Part shown: piece by piece, positions 61,860-64,000 of the stretch
How the letters are laid out: the number at the start of each line of letters is the position of its first letter
How positions within the stretch are numbered: position 1 is the first letter of the stretch
NCBI GenBank assembly: GCA_951406725.2
Contig: OX597829.1
Coordinates: 33,976,001 to 34,040,000 of the forward strand
Reading direction: 5' to 3'
Length of the DNA: 64,000 bases
DNA from: Octopus vulgaris
Taxonomy: Eukaryota
Translations under genes and position numbers: made by a program
The notes under the pieces: model-generated
What the model was told of the DNA's origin: nothing
Database searches by the model: none
The model's input: the letters and a program-made list of their open reading frames with translations, nothing else

Positions 61860-62240
61860 GTTAGAAGGAAGCTGATCAGGTTCCTAGAAAGAAATGGTTT
61901 GCCCACTACAATGCAACATAGCTTTCATTCGGGAAGGAGCTGCCTTAGCTACTAAAACATTATAGCTGGGTACTGAAAAAAACTACTCAACCATTCAAAT
62001 ATGGATGTGATATATCTCAACCTTGCTAAGGTCATTGCCGGTGCAAACTATAGCTCACAAGAGATACAGTAGAATTACATGATGGTTAATAGAGAAAGTA
62101 AACTTTGCATGTGGCATAAGTGCAATAAATATTAAGAGCACATAGGAAATAGATGTTCTAGAATACTCAGGAAGCAGATACAGTAGATAGTTTCTCTTAC
62201 CTAAGAGACTTAATGCACAGTGGAGGAAATGTTCTAAAAG
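61860..62240 (+). mobile_element. CR1-like RT fragment
   Basis: QHSFHSGRSCLS and DVIYLNLAKV resemble CR1 QHGF..GRSC and DVIYLDF.KAFD. Confidence 0.5.
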
Positions 62241-62845
62241 TACTGAGTCATCCCATAAATAATGCAGTTTTTTCAAATGCATGAACTAAAAGAAAAAGGG
62301 GGACAGGATAAACTATCTGCTTCAACTTGCTATAAAAGCAGGTAATAATTTAACCTTGTCCTTATTCTTAGCGCAAGTTTCGAAGAGCACAGTTCAATTT
62401 TAACAGTTATTTTTTCAAAGCTATAATGGAACTAACAATAATGGAACTAACATATTTTGCTTAATGAGCTCAATTAATAAGCAATGGAAAACGTGAGGAA
62501 TATTAATGTAGTATATGAGGATCGGACAATAAGCACAAGCCAGTGTAAACGATGGTTCCAAAAATTCCAAGCCAAAAACTACAGCTTAGAAGATGAGCCT
62601 CATCCTGGAAGATCTTTAGAGCTCAATGAAGATGTCCTGCAAACCCTGGTGGAACAAAATCCCATTGTAACTGTTGAAGAACTAGCAGAGAAGCTTCAAT
62701 TTGGTCATTCAACAATGCCAGAAGAAAAACGGCCATCTTTGGTTTCAAGACAACTGAGGTTCTTCCATCAGGATAATACTCAGCCACATACAATGAGAAA
62801 GACATTCCAAAGGCTGGAGTAGTTTGAATGGGAAAAGTGTCCCAT
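62241..62845 (+). mobile_element. Deleted mariner
   Basis: RNINVVYEDRTIS...RWFQKF...SLEDEPHPGR (HTH region) fused to FFHQDNTQPH. Confidence 0.85.
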
Positions 62846-62908
62846 ATATAATATATGTATAAAAGATATATATATAGAATATATATATATATATGTATAT
62901 AATATAAA

Positions 62909-62985
<77 letters not shown>

Positions 62986-63185
62986 GTAAATGGATGAGTG
63001 AATTATCCTTTGTTTACTGTTAACATGGAAAATTCAATAAACAGTTACCAGGGTAGTAAAATTCACGCAAGTAACAAGGATACAACGACCTATTCAAAGG
63101 TAGAAACTCCGAGTTAATGTGCAGTAATTTGTATAGTATAAGTAAATAAATGGAGTTGAATGCAGATGCTATTCAAATTCTTTTA

Positions 63186-63271
63186 CTTTCAACATATGCT
63201 TTGAAGACAACATTGGTTTTATTCCAAAGGGATAAACTGTGTAAAATAATGCAATCTTCTCATCAGGAAAG
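63186..63271 (-). ncRNA. Degenerate type I hammerhead with enlarged helix II
   Basis: Minus: ctttc-CTGATGA-gaaga[47 nt]tcttc-AAAGC-ATAT-GTT-gaaag. Its flank (63035-63190) is related to the reverse complement of 22830-23000. Confidence 0.55.
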
Positions 63272-63714
63272 AAAGAGAAGCTATCTCAACTACAAGACAT
63301 TATAACAATTTTGCTGACTGCATAAATGATAAACAGAACACTATTAAGTATTTTTAAAAAATCATTAGTAGATCCGACTTCAAAGGCAGACCCTAGGAAG
63401 AGAAGGGGTAAAGAAATAATAAGTAGAGAACAAATAAAGAGGGATATATTGGTTAAAAAATGTTCAAAGGCTTGGAAGTAGATTTCTCTATTGAAGTAAA
63501 GTGCAAGTTGAACTAAATGTTCAAACTATAAAGACTGGTAAAATTACTTATATGAGCTAAAGGTATGTTTCTGCCAGTGCTTACATTTGTAAGATCGCTC
63601 TATAAGTGTGCTAGCAAGGTGATTATTAGAGAAGAGAATATGGAAGAGTTCAGAGTTGCAAATGTTACAAAATCCTTTGCCCTTATCATAAGGGAAAGAT
63701 ATGGACAGGATGAA

Positions 63715-63766
<52 letters not shown>

Positions 63767-64000
63767 CACATTATCTTTAAGATAGTATATTTTACATTTT
63801 ATATCATTGTATCACATATTCCTAAAGTGTACATGCATAGGTACACACATGACATGCAGGAAGGAACAGGGTTTAATGAAGAGTGCTGTGTGTTAAGAAT
63901 CAGAAGACAGTTGTTTCACTCTTTAAGAGTGGTTTAAGGAAGATTTAACTGCTATTAAAAAATATTACATGCATTATTAAAGTATACCCAATATATTTTT

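Overview
AT-rich, microsatellite-dense animal DNA; the SINE, RTE and Penelope repertoire suggests a coleoid cephalopod such as Octopus (inference). I can reconstruct one host gene by eye: a minus-strand, divergent SNX5/SNX6/SNX32-like PX-BAR sorting nexin. It has 8 phase-consistent coding exons from an ATG at 54440-54442 down to a 31-nt exon at 13185-13215 (218 codons plus 1 nt); the rest of the BAR domain was not found and probably lies left of the window. The remainder is transposon-derived: a young 5'-truncated RTE LINE with a PHD-like finger inserted after its RT core, tRNA-derived and RTE-tail SINE families, mariner/Tc1 copies and MITEs, tandem Helitrons, and decayed Copia, Gypsy, R4/Dong, Tx1 and CR1 remnants. 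The most notable unannotated layer is a set of about 8 minimal type I hammerhead-ribozyme motifs. One has a fully canonical core and some carry long helix II insertions. They are associated with Penelope-like GIY-YIG remnants and many long inverted-repeat insertions, most inside the SNX introns. Most ORFs in the supplied track are microsatellite artefacts. All family assignments come from motif recognition, not database searches.
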